This document shows, in pieces, positions 9,051 through 17,916 of a DNA stretch of 32,000 nt. The notes under the pieces were generated by a model. That model was not told the DNA's origin. It made no database searches and was given only the letters and a program-made list of their open reading frames with translations. Position 1 is the stretch's first letter. The number at the start of each line of letters is the position of its first letter. This DNA is from Acaryochloris marina S15 (GTDB lineage: Bacteria; Cyanobacteriota; Cyanobacteriia; Thermosynechococcales; Thermosynechococcaceae), in NCBI RefSeq assembly GCF_018336915.1, contig NZ_CP064923.1, forward strand, positions 4,980,001-5,012,000, read 5' to 3'. The position numbers and the translations under genes were made by a program.

Positions 9051-9437
9051 CTAAGCTTTAGCATCACCAAAGTTATCTGAGATCACAACCAAGTAACCAT
9101 CAGGATCGCGAAACCAAATTTCATGCTGCTGGGCATTGGGATTGACATGGGGTTCGGTAACGATTTCTGGACTGAGTGCCTGAACCTTAGCGACACTGGC
9201 GTCAAAATCATCCGTGCGAAACCATAAAATCACCCCATTCCCAGGCGGTATTTCAGGATTCCACATCCCTGGATGCTCATGCACATCCTGGCGATGCAGT
9301 TGCAGCAGCAGTTTCCCCTCAAACGTCAGCATTTCATATTCATCACCCCCATGAGCACTTTCACAACCCAAGAGTGTTTGGTAGAACTGGCTACTCGCTG
9401 CAACATCTTTAACGGTAATGAGCGGCTCTATTTTCAT
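9051..9437 (-). CDS. VOC (glyoxalase / bleomycin-resistance / dioxygenase) family protein
   Basis: 128 aa with the VOC-like pattern: PLITVKDVAASSQFYQTLLG at the N-terminus and WFRDPDGYLV near the C-terminus. Its start lies 5 bp after the stop of the upstream ABC gene. Confidence 0.8.
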   Translation of the reverse strand: MKIEPLITVKDVAASSQFYQTLLGCESAHGGDEYEMLTFEGKLLLQLHRQDVHEHPGMWNPEIPPGNGVILWFRTDDFDASVAKVQALSPEIVTEPHVNPNAQQHEIWFRDPDGYLVVISDNFGDAKA

Positions 9438-9442
9438 GGTGA

Positions 9443-11122
9443 TTAACCTTCCTGCAGACGAGCTAGTAAGGGGGCAGCCCCGAGTAGCGTTTGGGTATAG
9501 GGGTGTTGAGGATTGGTGAAGATCTCTTCCGTGGGACCGATTTCGACGATCTTGCCCTTATTCATGACGGCGATGCGATCGCAAAAGAATCGCGCCACCC
9601 ACAAATCATGGGTAATAAATAGGTACGTTAAGTTGAAATCATCTTTCAAAGACTGCATCAACTCCAGCACCTGAGTTTGAATACTGGCATCCAGCATGCT
9701 CACGGGTTCGTCACAGATCACCAGTTTGGGTTGGGTAATGAGCGCTCTGGCGATAGCAACTCGCTGTTGCTGCCCTCCAGAAATATCGCTGGGGAACCGT
9801 TGGGCATAGTCCGTGGTGGGAGTCAGGCCGACCCGCTCCAACATGGCATGCATTTGTGACTGGGCCTCAGCCGGGGTTGCCAACTCATGAATCAGGAGCG
9901 GTTCAGCCACACTCTGGCCAATCTTCATCCGGGGATTCAGGCAGGCCCGTGGATCTTGGAAGATCATTTGAATTTGGCGGCGACATTGCCGCAGTGCCCG
10001 TCCCTCTAGCGTGGTCAACTCCCGCTTATCAAACTGAACGCTCCCCGCCGTCGGCCGCACAAGCTGCAAAATACTACGAGATAAAGTGCTCTTGCCACAG
10101 CCGGATTCTCCCACCAAGCCCAGGGTTTCGCCTGCATGAATATTTAAGGTAATCCCGTCTACGGCTTTGATGGCATCCGCAGGTTTAGAGAGGAGACGGG
10201 CAATAAAATTGGTTTCTAAGGAGTAATGTTGCTGCACATCTTGGAGCTGCAGCAGCACTGATTGTTCAGGTGGACTTTCTTCTATTTCAGGAGCTTCAGC
10301 GGCACTGGTTTGTAGATGGAGAGCCGCCTGCAGCAATGATTGGGTATAAGAGTGTTGTGGGTTGGTGAGGATTTCTTGAGCTGGGCCTAACTCGACCATT
10401 TTGCCTTGGTACATGACGGCAACGCGATCGCAATATTCACTCACCAATGCCAAATCATGGGAAATCAGCAGCAGTCCCATCTGACGCTCTTCACAGAGAC
10501 GCGTCACCTCTTTCAGAATTTGGGCCGCAACCGTAACATCCAAGCTGGTGGTAGGTTCATCGGCAATCAGCATTTTGGGGTCGAGGAGGAGCGCTAACGC
10601 AATCGCTACCCGCTGTCGCATCCCACCACTAAACTCATGGGGATATTGCGTCCATCGTTCTGCAGGGATATTAACGGCGCCCAGGGTATCTAAGACCTTA
10701 GTTTTAGCTTCCTCAGCCGAAAGCTTGGGTTGATGGACTTTCAGAGTCTCAAGGCAATGCTTTTTTACCGTCAACAACGGATTGAGGCGAGTCATCGGGT
10801 CCTGAAAGACCAGGGCAATTTCCTCACCTCGGAATCGCTGCAAATCTTTTCCCGTCAGGGTTAAAACCGATCGACCCGCAAAGTTAATCTCGCCTTCTAG
10901 TTGAGTTCCGGGGGGCAGCAACTGCATCAAGCCTCGCCCTATGGTGGACTTGCCGCAACCCGACTCTCCCACTAATCCCAGCCGTTCTCCAGCTCCCAGG
11001 GCAAAGGAGACTTGATTGACGGCCCAACTCTGGGTCTCGGCTCCCCGCTGCTGAGCATAGGCAATCTTCAGATCGTTAACATGCAGCAAGCCTGCGGAAG
11101 AACTCATATCCTGTGGGCGCAT
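9443..11122 (-). CDS. ABC transporter ATP-binding protein with two fused ATPase domains (Dpp/Opp/Nik peptide-nickel class, YejF/GsiA-like)
   Basis: Two Walker A motifs (GESGCGKST twice), two signature motifs (FSGGMRQR, ISGGQQQR) and two Walker B motifs (LIADEPTT, VICDEPVS). The first ATG is at 11122 and another is at 11107; the ORF is open to TTG 11191. Confidence 0.9.
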   Translation of the reverse strand: MRPQDMSSSAGLLHVNDLKIAYAQQRGAETQSWAVNQVSFALGAGERLGLVGESGCGKSTIGRGLMQLLPPGTQLEGEINFAGRSVLTLTGKDLQRFRGEEIALVFQDPMTRLNPLLTVKKHCLETLKVHQPKLSAEEAKTKVLDTLGAVNIPAERWTQYPHEFSGGMRQRVAIALALLLDPKMLIADEPTTSLDVTVAAQILKEVTRLCEERQMGLLLISHDLALVSEYCDRVAVMYQGKMVELGPAQEILTNPQHSYTQSLLQAALHLQTSAAEAPEIEESPPEQSVLLQLQDVQQHYSLETNFIARLLSKPADAIKAVDGITLNIHAGETLGLVGESGCGKSTLSRSILQLVRPTAGSVQFDKRELTTLEGRALRQCRRQIQMIFQDPRACLNPRMKIGQSVAEPLLIHELATPAEAQSQMHAMLERVGLTPTTDYAQRFPSDISGGQQQRVAIARALITQPKLVICDEPVSMLDASIQTQVLELMQSLKDDFNLTYLFITHDLWVARFFCDRIAVMNKGKIVEIGPTEEIFTNPQHPYTQTLLGAAPLLARLQEG

Positions 11123-11265
11123 AACGTTTACGTCAAGGCTGTTTACGTCGGCAGAGACTCTAAAATCACCAGTATAGCCAGCAACCCTCAACCGGGTCTG
11201 ATTTTTGCACGCAGGGTCAAATACTGTCTATGATGAGAGTATATTGAAAAGTTTTGTGAAGACCT

Positions 11266-11898
11266 TTGTTAGCAAACGCTGATACCAATAATCAAGTTCC
11301 CCTCACCTCCACCTGGCATCATTTAGATGTCTTATGGCAAGCCGATCAGGCTCGCATTCAGCCCGGCCTTCCTTACTATCAACTCTCTCCCACCTGGCAA
11401 ATGTTGATTTTGGGAGATGGCTCTCCCACCCGCCATTTGCAGCTCCTCACGGGTGAGCCGACGGAAGTTGACGTGATTGATATGTCCTTTGTCGGGGCTG
11501 AGCAAGACAATGCCCCTGACTTAATCAAAGCGGTTCCTGGTCCTCGATTACGCCGCCAGGTCTGGCTACGGACCCCTTCGGGTCAGCGCTTAGCCTATGC
11601 GACCTCTTGGTGGGAAGCCAGCCATGTGGATGAGTATTTACAAAACCGCTCTCTACCGATTTGGGCTAGCTTGTCCCAGTCTCGTACTGAATTGTTCAGA
11701 GATATTCGCCAAGTTTTGTGTGGTCAATCCGAGGCGTTATCTAAAGCTTTCGATCATCCAGGACCGTTTTGGGGCCGTTACTATCTATTTTGGCATGATG
11801 GTCAGCCCTTGACCTTGATTTATGAGGTTTTCTCTCCCCATCTCAATCAGTACTTAGGACCTGTATCCAGCAATCTCCAGTCTACTCAGGTGTCATAG
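11266..11898 (+). CDS. Chorismate lyase family protein (UbiC-like / DUF98)
   Basis: The core LILGDGSPTRHLQLLTGEPTEVDVI and the C-terminal RRQVWL...YATSWW pattern resemble cyanobacterial chorismate pyruvate-lyase-like proteins. The start is TTG and is uncertain. Confidence 0.6.
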   Translation: MLANADTNNQVPLTSTWHHLDVLWQADQARIQPGLPYYQLSPTWQMLILGDGSPTRHLQLLTGEPTEVDVIDMSFVGAEQDNAPDLIKAVPGPRLRRQVWLRTPSGQRLAYATSWWEASHVDEYLQNRSLPIWASLSQSRTELFRDIRQVLCGQSEALSKAFDHPGPFWGRYYLFWHDGQPLTLIYEVFSPHLNQYLGPVSSNLQSTQVS

Positions 11899-12012
11899 TC
11901 AGGGCTTAGTGTCCCGAGCACGTCTCAACAGAACAGTGCCCATAATTTATATGTTGACAACTACTACATATAAATACACTCAGTAGATTAAGAAAACCCT
12001 CTCATGTCAGGT

Positions 12013-12609
12013 TTACTCTGTAGGTTTTGGTGGCTGCCAAGACAATAAAATTTCCAGAGTCATCAACAACCCAAGAGATATGATTGGGATACTCGTCATG
12101 ATGGCTCCCCAAATACCTGGTGCTTTAATAAATAAGCCTGATCTATATTGAAACAATCCTAAAGCACCTCCTACAAAGTAGAAGATGGCTAGTAGAAAGC
12201 CAAATTTCGAGCGTGTACTTCGACTTGCTGCAAGGAACCCCCACCCTAAACAAAAATAACTAACTTCTGGGTTGAGAACGGTAAATGGTAGAGCTGGAGC
12301 AATAGCAAAAAACTGACCAGAAAAAGCTATTTTTATACCAAAAAATATTGTGAAGCTACCAACAACTATGCTGTAAATTTTGCATAGTATAGGGAAGGCA
12401 AAAAACAATATAACCAACAATATAGAGAAGTCTAAATTTTCCGTAAATATAATCCACCCCAACAGAAACAAAACAGATATATATCGCAGCCCATCGAAGA
12501 GTCTCCGATATAAATCCTCATACTTCTGTAAGTTTGTTTCCTGTATTCGCTTGTCTAGTTCTATTTCTGCTTGTTTAACTCTCTCGTAATTTTTAATATT
12601 TCCAGGCAT
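12013..12609 (-). CDS. Polytopic membrane protein, function unknown (low-GC island gene 3)
   Basis: 198 aa. About 40 N-terminal charged, helix-prone residues (NYERVKQAEIELDKRIQETNLQKYEDLYRR) are followed by roughly 6 hydrophobic segments. A strong SD-like GAGGTGAGAGG lies upstream of the ATG. I recognise no family motif. Confidence 0.6.
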   Translation of the reverse strand: MPGNIKNYERVKQAEIELDKRIQETNLQKYEDLYRRLFDGLRYISVLFLLGWIIFTENLDFSILLVILFFAFPILCKIYSIVVGSFTIFFGIKIAFSGQFFAIAPALPFTVLNPEVSYFCLGWGFLAASRSTRSKFGFLLAIFYFVGGALGLFQYRSGLFIKAPGIWGAIMTSIPIISLGLLMTLEILLSWQPPKPTE

Positions 12610-12699
12610 ATATCTTACCTCTCACCTCTAATTCTGAATAAGATATTATTTCTTTTAAAAATCTTTATTCGTGATGATTATATTTTTTATATAGCTATA

Positions 12700-13230
12700 C
12701 TATGGTATCGGCTCATCAGCCCATGGGTCTAGATAATATTTGTAGCCTGTGTGAGTATCAATAACAGAACCATCATCGTTATTGCCACGCGCATAGAAGT
12801 AGAAAAACTCATATTGATACCTTCTCAAAATTGCTGCTAATTCTATCCATCCCTCCAATTGGTAGAAGTCAAAATCAATTCCTAAGACAAATCCCAATCC
12901 AGCTGATTGTCGTAGAATATCTATGAAATCAGATTTTTCTAGTTCTTTGTCTAATAAAATATCTTTATCGATCACTCCAAAATTCACAATTTTTTTGAAT
13001 CGGTCAATCGTAACTCGACCTACTGTATCTCGTTCCACTTCTATCGTAATCTTGTTATTCAGCGGCGTGAATCTCAGCACATAATCTGGCCATGGATTAC
13101 TTGCTGCTTGTAGAGATGCAAGCTGCCTAGAAGTTAATACAATACTTCTATTCCACTCATATATTTCTTGACATAGAAATTTATCTATATAAAATCTAAT
13201 CCACTTTTTTTCATGGCAGGAATAAATCAT
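12700..13230 (-). CDS. Hypothetical soluble protein, acidic and rich in aromatic residues (low-GC island gene 2)
   Basis: 176 aa, with AAGAGG 5 nt upstream of the ATG. There are no TM segments and no motif I can assign. The C-terminus is YQYEFFYFYARGNNDDGSVIDTHTGYKYYLDPWADEPIP. Confidence 0.6.
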   Translation of the reverse strand: MIYSCHEKKWIRFYIDKFLCQEIYEWNRSIVLTSRQLASLQAASNPWPDYVLRFTPLNNKITIEVERDTVGRVTIDRFKKIVNFGVIDKDILLDKELEKSDFIDILRQSAGLGFVLGIDFDFYQLEGWIELAAILRRYQYEFFYFYARGNNDDGSVIDTHTGYKYYLDPWADEPIP

Positions 13231-13290
13231 TATTGCCTCTTAAAAGTGTTTACGGATAAAACTTTTTACGGCTCTCACCAAGAATGTATT

Positions 13291-14184
13291 TCATTGTGAT
13301 TTATCTATTTGAAACTGTTTCTTTTGAGTTAGGCACATTGCTACCCCTTTCTCGTAATAAGCTGATTCATTAATAAAAATAGGGTAAGCAATTGATTTAC
13401 CTTGATAGATAATCGTTTTTCCATCAAAGGTCAGAAAGAGAGGGTTACCAGGATGTAGAGCTGCATAATCTTGAAACTGAATCTGAGGATGAATCATAGC
13501 TTTAATTTCGCCTTCTTGATTTCTGGGATAGTCAATAGAGTCACAATATTCGTAAAGGGTGAGTGACTTATTTTTAGATCTAATTTTGTTGCGATTATAC
13601 TGCTCTACATAATTTAGAATTAAATGTACTAATGATTCAGTTTTTTGTAGTAACTCCGCATCAAGTGTTCCATGAGAAAGTGGACCTACCTCAATACAAA
13701 TTCTATGCTTAGCAATTGATCGTAATGAATCTTTCCCACGACCTGACTTCTCAGAGCTATAAATTTTAATTTCTGGAAATAAGAAGCTTAAGTAAGCAGA
13801 TAAATCTAAAATAAAAGGATCAAGATGATCCAGAATTATCATCAGCCCGACATTAGAAGTGGTGGAATGTTGATCAACAACTAGATCTATAGGTGTATTC
13901 CCAGACAGCCCAAATTGATTACTGATTTCTTGGGCTCGTTGATTTTCATAAAAGCTATTATTCTTTTCATAATCCAGTGCTTGAAAGTTAAAACAACGAT
14001 TCAAATCTTTATCGATATAGCGTACACATTTATCTATTGCCTTCGGATTACCAAATAGTGTCAATGTTTCAAAACTAGATCTATTAATAAGCTGAGGAGA
14101 TTGCTCAAATTTTTTAATAAGATATACCCCAATCAGTTCATTCCCGTGAGTCCCACCCACCAGCAAAACACGTTGGATATTCAT
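13291..14184 (-). CDS. Aspartoacylase family zinc amidohydrolase (AstE/AspA superfamily; low-GC island gene 1)
   Basis: The protein is collinear with aspartoacylase along its full length. Matching segments are VGGTHGNELIG (Zn His/Glu), RYIDKDLNR, DQHSTTSN (third Zn ligand), CIEVGP (catalytic Glu), DYPRNQEGEI, LHPGNPLFLTFDGK and INESAYYEKG. Confidence 0.88.
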   Translation of the reverse strand: MNIQRVLLVGGTHGNELIGVYLIKKFEQSPQLINRSSFETLTLFGNPKAIDKCVRYIDKDLNRCFNFQALDYEKNNSFYENQRAQEISNQFGLSGNTPIDLVVDQHSTTSNVGLMIILDHLDPFILDLSAYLSFLFPEIKIYSSEKSGRGKDSLRSIAKHRICIEVGPLSHGTLDAELLQKTESLVHLILNYVEQYNRNKIRSKNKSLTLYEYCDSIDYPRNQEGEIKAMIHPQIQFQDYAALHPGNPLFLTFDGKTIIYQGKSIAYPIFINESAYYEKGVAMCLTQKKQFQIDKSQ

Positions 14185-14287
14185 ATCTTTCTCTTTATCG
14201 TTTAGCTTGCGTCACTAAGCTTTTTGCTTTGATGACAACAGCATATAGAAAAACACTATGATAGAATCACTGTTATTGACATTGTTA

Positions 14288-14305
14288 TATGACTAATTCG
14301 TCATA
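14288..14305. promoter_or_regulatory. Dyad TATGAC-N6-GTCATA in the divergent LysR / island-operon intergenic region
   Basis: Perfect 6-bp arms sit 8 bp upstream of the LysR ATG. A second dyad, AGCTT-N8-AAGCT, lies at 14204-14221, closer to the aspartoacylase-family gene. Both are candidate LTTR sites. I could not fit a clean T-N11-A spacing. Confidence 0.25.
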
Positions 14306-14312
14306 ACAAGAG

Positions 14313-15245
14313 ATGAAGCCTCCAAAATGGCATGAACTAGAATTTCGACATCTTGAATATGCGATCGCACTCAAGCAACACAAAGGATTTGTTCAAGCCG
14401 CCATTGCTCTGGAGTTAGACCAAGGCTTTTTAAGTAAGCAGATTCAACGACTAGAAAGAAGGCTGGGCTTTACCCTCTTTGATCGCACAACCCGTCCCCT
14501 AGGACTCACCCATGAGGGACAGGCTTTCTTAACGCGAGCAGAGCAAATCATTGAACAAGCCCAAAGTGCCGTTGAATTGTCTCAGGATATTCAGGCAGGG
14601 AACCGTGGGCGATTAGATGTAGGAATCAATACATCCATTGCCAATAGCCAATTACCCCGCATTATCAAAACTTTTCGTCAGCAGTTCCCATTTGTAAATC
14701 TAGCCCTTCATGAATTAGCGTCCTATGACCAGATTGAACAATTACGAAATCATCAAATCGATGTAGGTTTCTTCCATCAACACAATTTACAAAGTTTGAG
14801 CCCAGAAGATAACGAGATTTTTGCAGATACTTTAGTCCTCCAGGAGTCCCTCGTTCTTGTTCTACCTGAACAACATCCCTGTGCTAAAAAGTTAACTGTT
14901 GCTCTTGCAGAGCTTAACGGCCAAGATTTTGTACTCCCCCCACAGGCTTTGCTCTATAGTTTGCGAGATCAGATTGATCAGCTTTGTCTGAGAGCAAACT
15001 GTAAGCCCATCATTGTCCAAGAAGCAAGCTGGATTACAACTGTGCTGAGTTTGGTGGCTGGTGGTATGGGGGTGTCACTCTTACCCGCAAATGTCAGAAA
15101 CCTGCAGCGTTCTGGGGTAGTTTATCGCAATATCCAAGAGCCCTCTCCCCTATTGGACATTGTTGCCGTTCGGCGCACAAACAATCCATCAACGACGCTG
15201 GGAAATTTCCTCAAAGTGATTGAAGGTTTATTGAAGATCGAGTGA
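14313..15245 (+). CDS. LysR family transcriptional regulator
   Basis: N-terminal wHTH (LEYAIALKQHKGFVQAAIALELDQGFLSKQIQRLERRLGFTLFDR) followed by a LysR substrate-binding domain; 310 aa. It is divergent from the three-gene low-GC cluster. Confidence 0.92.
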   Translation: MKPPKWHELEFRHLEYAIALKQHKGFVQAAIALELDQGFLSKQIQRLERRLGFTLFDRTTRPLGLTHEGQAFLTRAEQIIEQAQSAVELSQDIQAGNRGRLDVGINTSIANSQLPRIIKTFRQQFPFVNLALHELASYDQIEQLRNHQIDVGFFHQHNLQSLSPEDNEIFADTLVLQESLVLVLPEQHPCAKKLTVALAELNGQDFVLPPQALLYSLRDQIDQLCLRANCKPIIVQEASWITTVLSLVAGGMGVSLLPANVRNLQRSGVVYRNIQEPSPLLDIVAVRRTNNPSTTLGNFLKVIEGLLKIE

Positions 15246-15478
15246 GAATATCGAAGCTGGACAGACAAAAGACCCCAGTCATCGGCTTAGTCTCCGTCTC
15301 ATCATGATGCTTTTTGAGATTGTCTACATACCAGGTTATCGATCCCATATCCCAGACTATTGCTTTTCGGGGTTTGATCGTTCTGGGCCAAGATTGGCAC
15401 TCGTAAAATATTATTTGCGTTTCAAGGTGCTGATATGCGCTTAAATAAGTGAGGATTCTTTACGTTACTTATAAATTT

Positions 15479-17062
15479 GTGGCCGACTCAGCTCCCAAAC
15501 GCCGTCGCTCCCTAGCGAGTATTGCAACCATTGTTGCGATCGCAACCCTGATCAGCAAGGTCGTCGGTCTAGTGCGACAGCAATCAATTGCGGCTGAATT
15601 TGGGGTCGGTCCCGAAGTAGATGCCTATAACTTTGCCTACGTTATCCCTAGCTTTCTGTTTATTCTGCTGGGAGGAGTGAATGGCCCCTTTCACAGTTCC
15701 GTCGTCAGCGTCCTTGCCAAACATCCCAAAAAGGATGCCGCAGCCTTAATTGAAACCGTCAATACCTTAGTTGGCATCTTGCTGTTGCTGCTGACCGCAG
15801 GGTTAATGCTAACTGCTGATCCACTGATCACCATGCTAGCGCCAGGGGTCTCCACCGATGTCCACACCATGGCGGTGGAACAGCTCAGAATTATGGCTCC
15901 CCTAGCCTTCTTATCAGGACTGATTGGTATCGGCTTCGGCACCCTAGTAGCGTCCGATCAATATTGGCTCCCATCCATTAGTCCTTTGCTATCTAGCGTC
16001 ACCGTCATCATTGGTGTGTTGTTTCTCACGGATCATGTGGGGGCCTCCGTTATGGCCTGGGGAACGCTAGCGGGTGGGTTACTGCAATGGTTAGTCCAAA
16101 TCCCTGCTCAGTGGGGATCCGGCATGGGAACTCTGAGGCTTCGCTTCGATTTCAACCGACCGGGTGTGAAAGAAATCGGTAAGCTCATGGGGCCGGCCAC
16201 CCTCTCCTCTGGGATGCTGCTGATTAGCGTCGCTATTAGCTTATTCTTTGCCTCTCAATTAAAGGAAGGCTCCGCCTCTGCCTTAACCTACGCTCAGCTC
16301 TTATTCCTAACGCCTTTGGGCATTCTTTCCAACGTCATCCTGGTTCCCTACATGCCGATTTTTTCCCAATTGGCAGCCCCAGAAAGTTGGACTGATCTAA
16401 AAGACCGGATTCGCCAAAGCCTAGTGCTCACCGCCATGAGTATGATGCCTACAGGTGCGCTGATGTCCGTCTTAGCATTGCCTGCTGTACGAATTGTCTA
16501 TCAAAGGGGAGCCTTCGATGATTCCGCCTCCCAACTAGTGGCCTCTCTCTTAGTGGTTTATGCCTTTGGCATGTTCTTTTACCTAGGCCGAGATATTTTC
16601 GTCCGGGTGTTCTACGCCCTGGGAGATGGCAATGTTCCCCTGCTGATTAGTTTATTGGGCTTATTCTTTAATGCCATTTTTTGTTTCTTCTTCACCAAAA
16701 CCTTTGGTGCACCGGGGTTAGCTATGGCCACCGTCGGAGTCCAGGTCTTCTCCATGGCCGCTCTCGTCTGGATTCTGAATAAACGCTTGCATGGGCTACC
16801 TTGGGCGACCACAGGAGGTCCAATTTTGGCCTTGGCTGTCAGCAGCCTGATCTGTGGCTTCACAGCCTGGATAGCCTTATATGGCTGTCAGCTAATCCTG
16901 GGAACAGAAGGAATCATCAGACAGCTCGTGACCCTAAGTGTATCGGCAGGTGCAGGGTTATTGGTCTTTGCCGGACTCGTGATTCAACTCAAGTTACCGG
17001 AGATGGATTTCTTTGTGGATCGGTTGCGTCAAAAGCTTCCCTTTCTAGCCCGTAAGTCTTAG
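15479..17062 (+). CDS. murJ: Lipid II flippase MurJ (MviN)
   Basis: Polytopic protein with a MurJ-type N-terminus (IATLISKVVGLVRQQSIAAEFGVGPEVDAYNFAYVIP). The likely start is GTG 15479; the ORF is open from GTG 15449. Confidence 0.92.
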   Translation: MADSAPKRRRSLASIATIVAIATLISKVVGLVRQQSIAAEFGVGPEVDAYNFAYVIPSFLFILLGGVNGPFHSSVVSVLAKHPKKDAAALIETVNTLVGILLLLLTAGLMLTADPLITMLAPGVSTDVHTMAVEQLRIMAPLAFLSGLIGIGFGTLVASDQYWLPSISPLLSSVTVIIGVLFLTDHVGASVMAWGTLAGGLLQWLVQIPAQWGSGMGTLRLRFDFNRPGVKEIGKLMGPATLSSGMLLISVAISLFFASQLKEGSASALTYAQLLFLTPLGILSNVILVPYMPIFSQLAAPESWTDLKDRIRQSLVLTAMSMMPTGALMSVLALPAVRIVYQRGAFDDSASQLVASLLVVYAFGMFFYLGRDIFVRVFYALGDGNVPLLISLLGLFFNAIFCFFFTKTFGAPGLAMATVGVQVFSMAALVWILNKRLHGLPWATTGGPILALAVSSLICGFTAWIALYGCQLILGTEGIIRQLVTLSVSAGAGLLVFAGLVIQLKLPEMDFFVDRLRQKLPFLARKS

Positions 17063-17147
17063 TACCATCCTGCTCCGCCCAGATACAGGGTGGAAACCAT
17101 CGTTAGGCTATAGGATAATGCTGAGTACTGTTTTCCTAGCAAGCCCT

Positions 17148-17384
17148 ATGGATAATTCCTATAACCCATGGAACTACAAACCTTGGTGGTGTCAGCCTTG
17201 GTCCATTTTGGTAACGGGAATCACGCTAATTGCAGGGACCTGGTTAGTGACCAAAATTATTTGGCTGACCATACTCGTGGCTCTACCGGTTTTGGCCTGG
17301 ATGGGGCTATTTTTGATACTTTGGCCTCAGGCCATGAAACAAGCCCAGACTGAACAGCCATTGACCGATGAACCAGAAGCATGA
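17148..17384 (+). CDS. Small two-TM membrane protein, function unknown
   Basis: MDNSYNPWNYKPWWCQPWS followed by two hydrophobic helices. It is followed by a strong terminator. An alternative ATG lies at 17118. Confidence 0.55.
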   Translation: MDNSYNPWNYKPWWCQPWSILVTGITLIAGTWLVTKIIWLTILVALPVLAWMGLFLILWPQAMKQAQTEQPLTDEPEA

Positions 17385-17420
17385 TGAACCTTGGCTTACC
17401 CAGCTTGAACACTGTTGAGA

Positions 17421-17467
17421 AGGCTGCAGGGGCAATCTCATTCCTCGCCCCTGCAGCCTTTAAGTTT
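17421..17467 (+). terminator. Rho-independent terminator
   Basis: Perfect 13-bp GC-rich stem AGGCTGCAGGGGC (17421-17433) / GCCCCTGCAGCCT (17447-17459) with a 13-nt loop, followed by TTAAGTTT. Confidence 0.6.
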
Positions 17468-17916
17468 CAATTTATATTGATAAATTTGCTGCCCTAAATA
17501 TCTTGCCTCTTACCCATTACGCTAGTAATAGTTCGCTCAAATATTTATGCTTTTAGCATGAGAGAAATAAAATATTTATCTCTATAAAAAAATAAATATT
17601 TCACACGTCACTTGTATTAGAGATTACATTTTGGGGCTGTTCTTTTTTCTATCTTGTCTAAGGAATAGAGGAATGTCCCAGGTAAAACCAGCGGACAACC
17701 TCCCAGCCAAACCTCATTTACGAAAAAGCGTAAAGTTATTGCACGCCAAGGCTTTGTCATGGATTGACGCCCACGATGCTGATGGCATCTTAGCGAAGAT
17801 GTAATCTCAATATAAGATTTGTCCCAAACATCGAATAGTAGAATGTAGCCATAGCCCTAAAAGATTACTTAAAGCCATCATTCAAATTTTTGAATGTGAC
17901 TGTCCTGAGTCTAAAA

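Noticed and set aside
11940-14312. Absence of HIP1 sites as independent proof that the island is foreign
   Set aside because: With about 19 sites in 32 kb, only 1-2 are expected in 2.4 kb, so zero is not statistically meaningful. I use it only as weak support alongside the composition shift.
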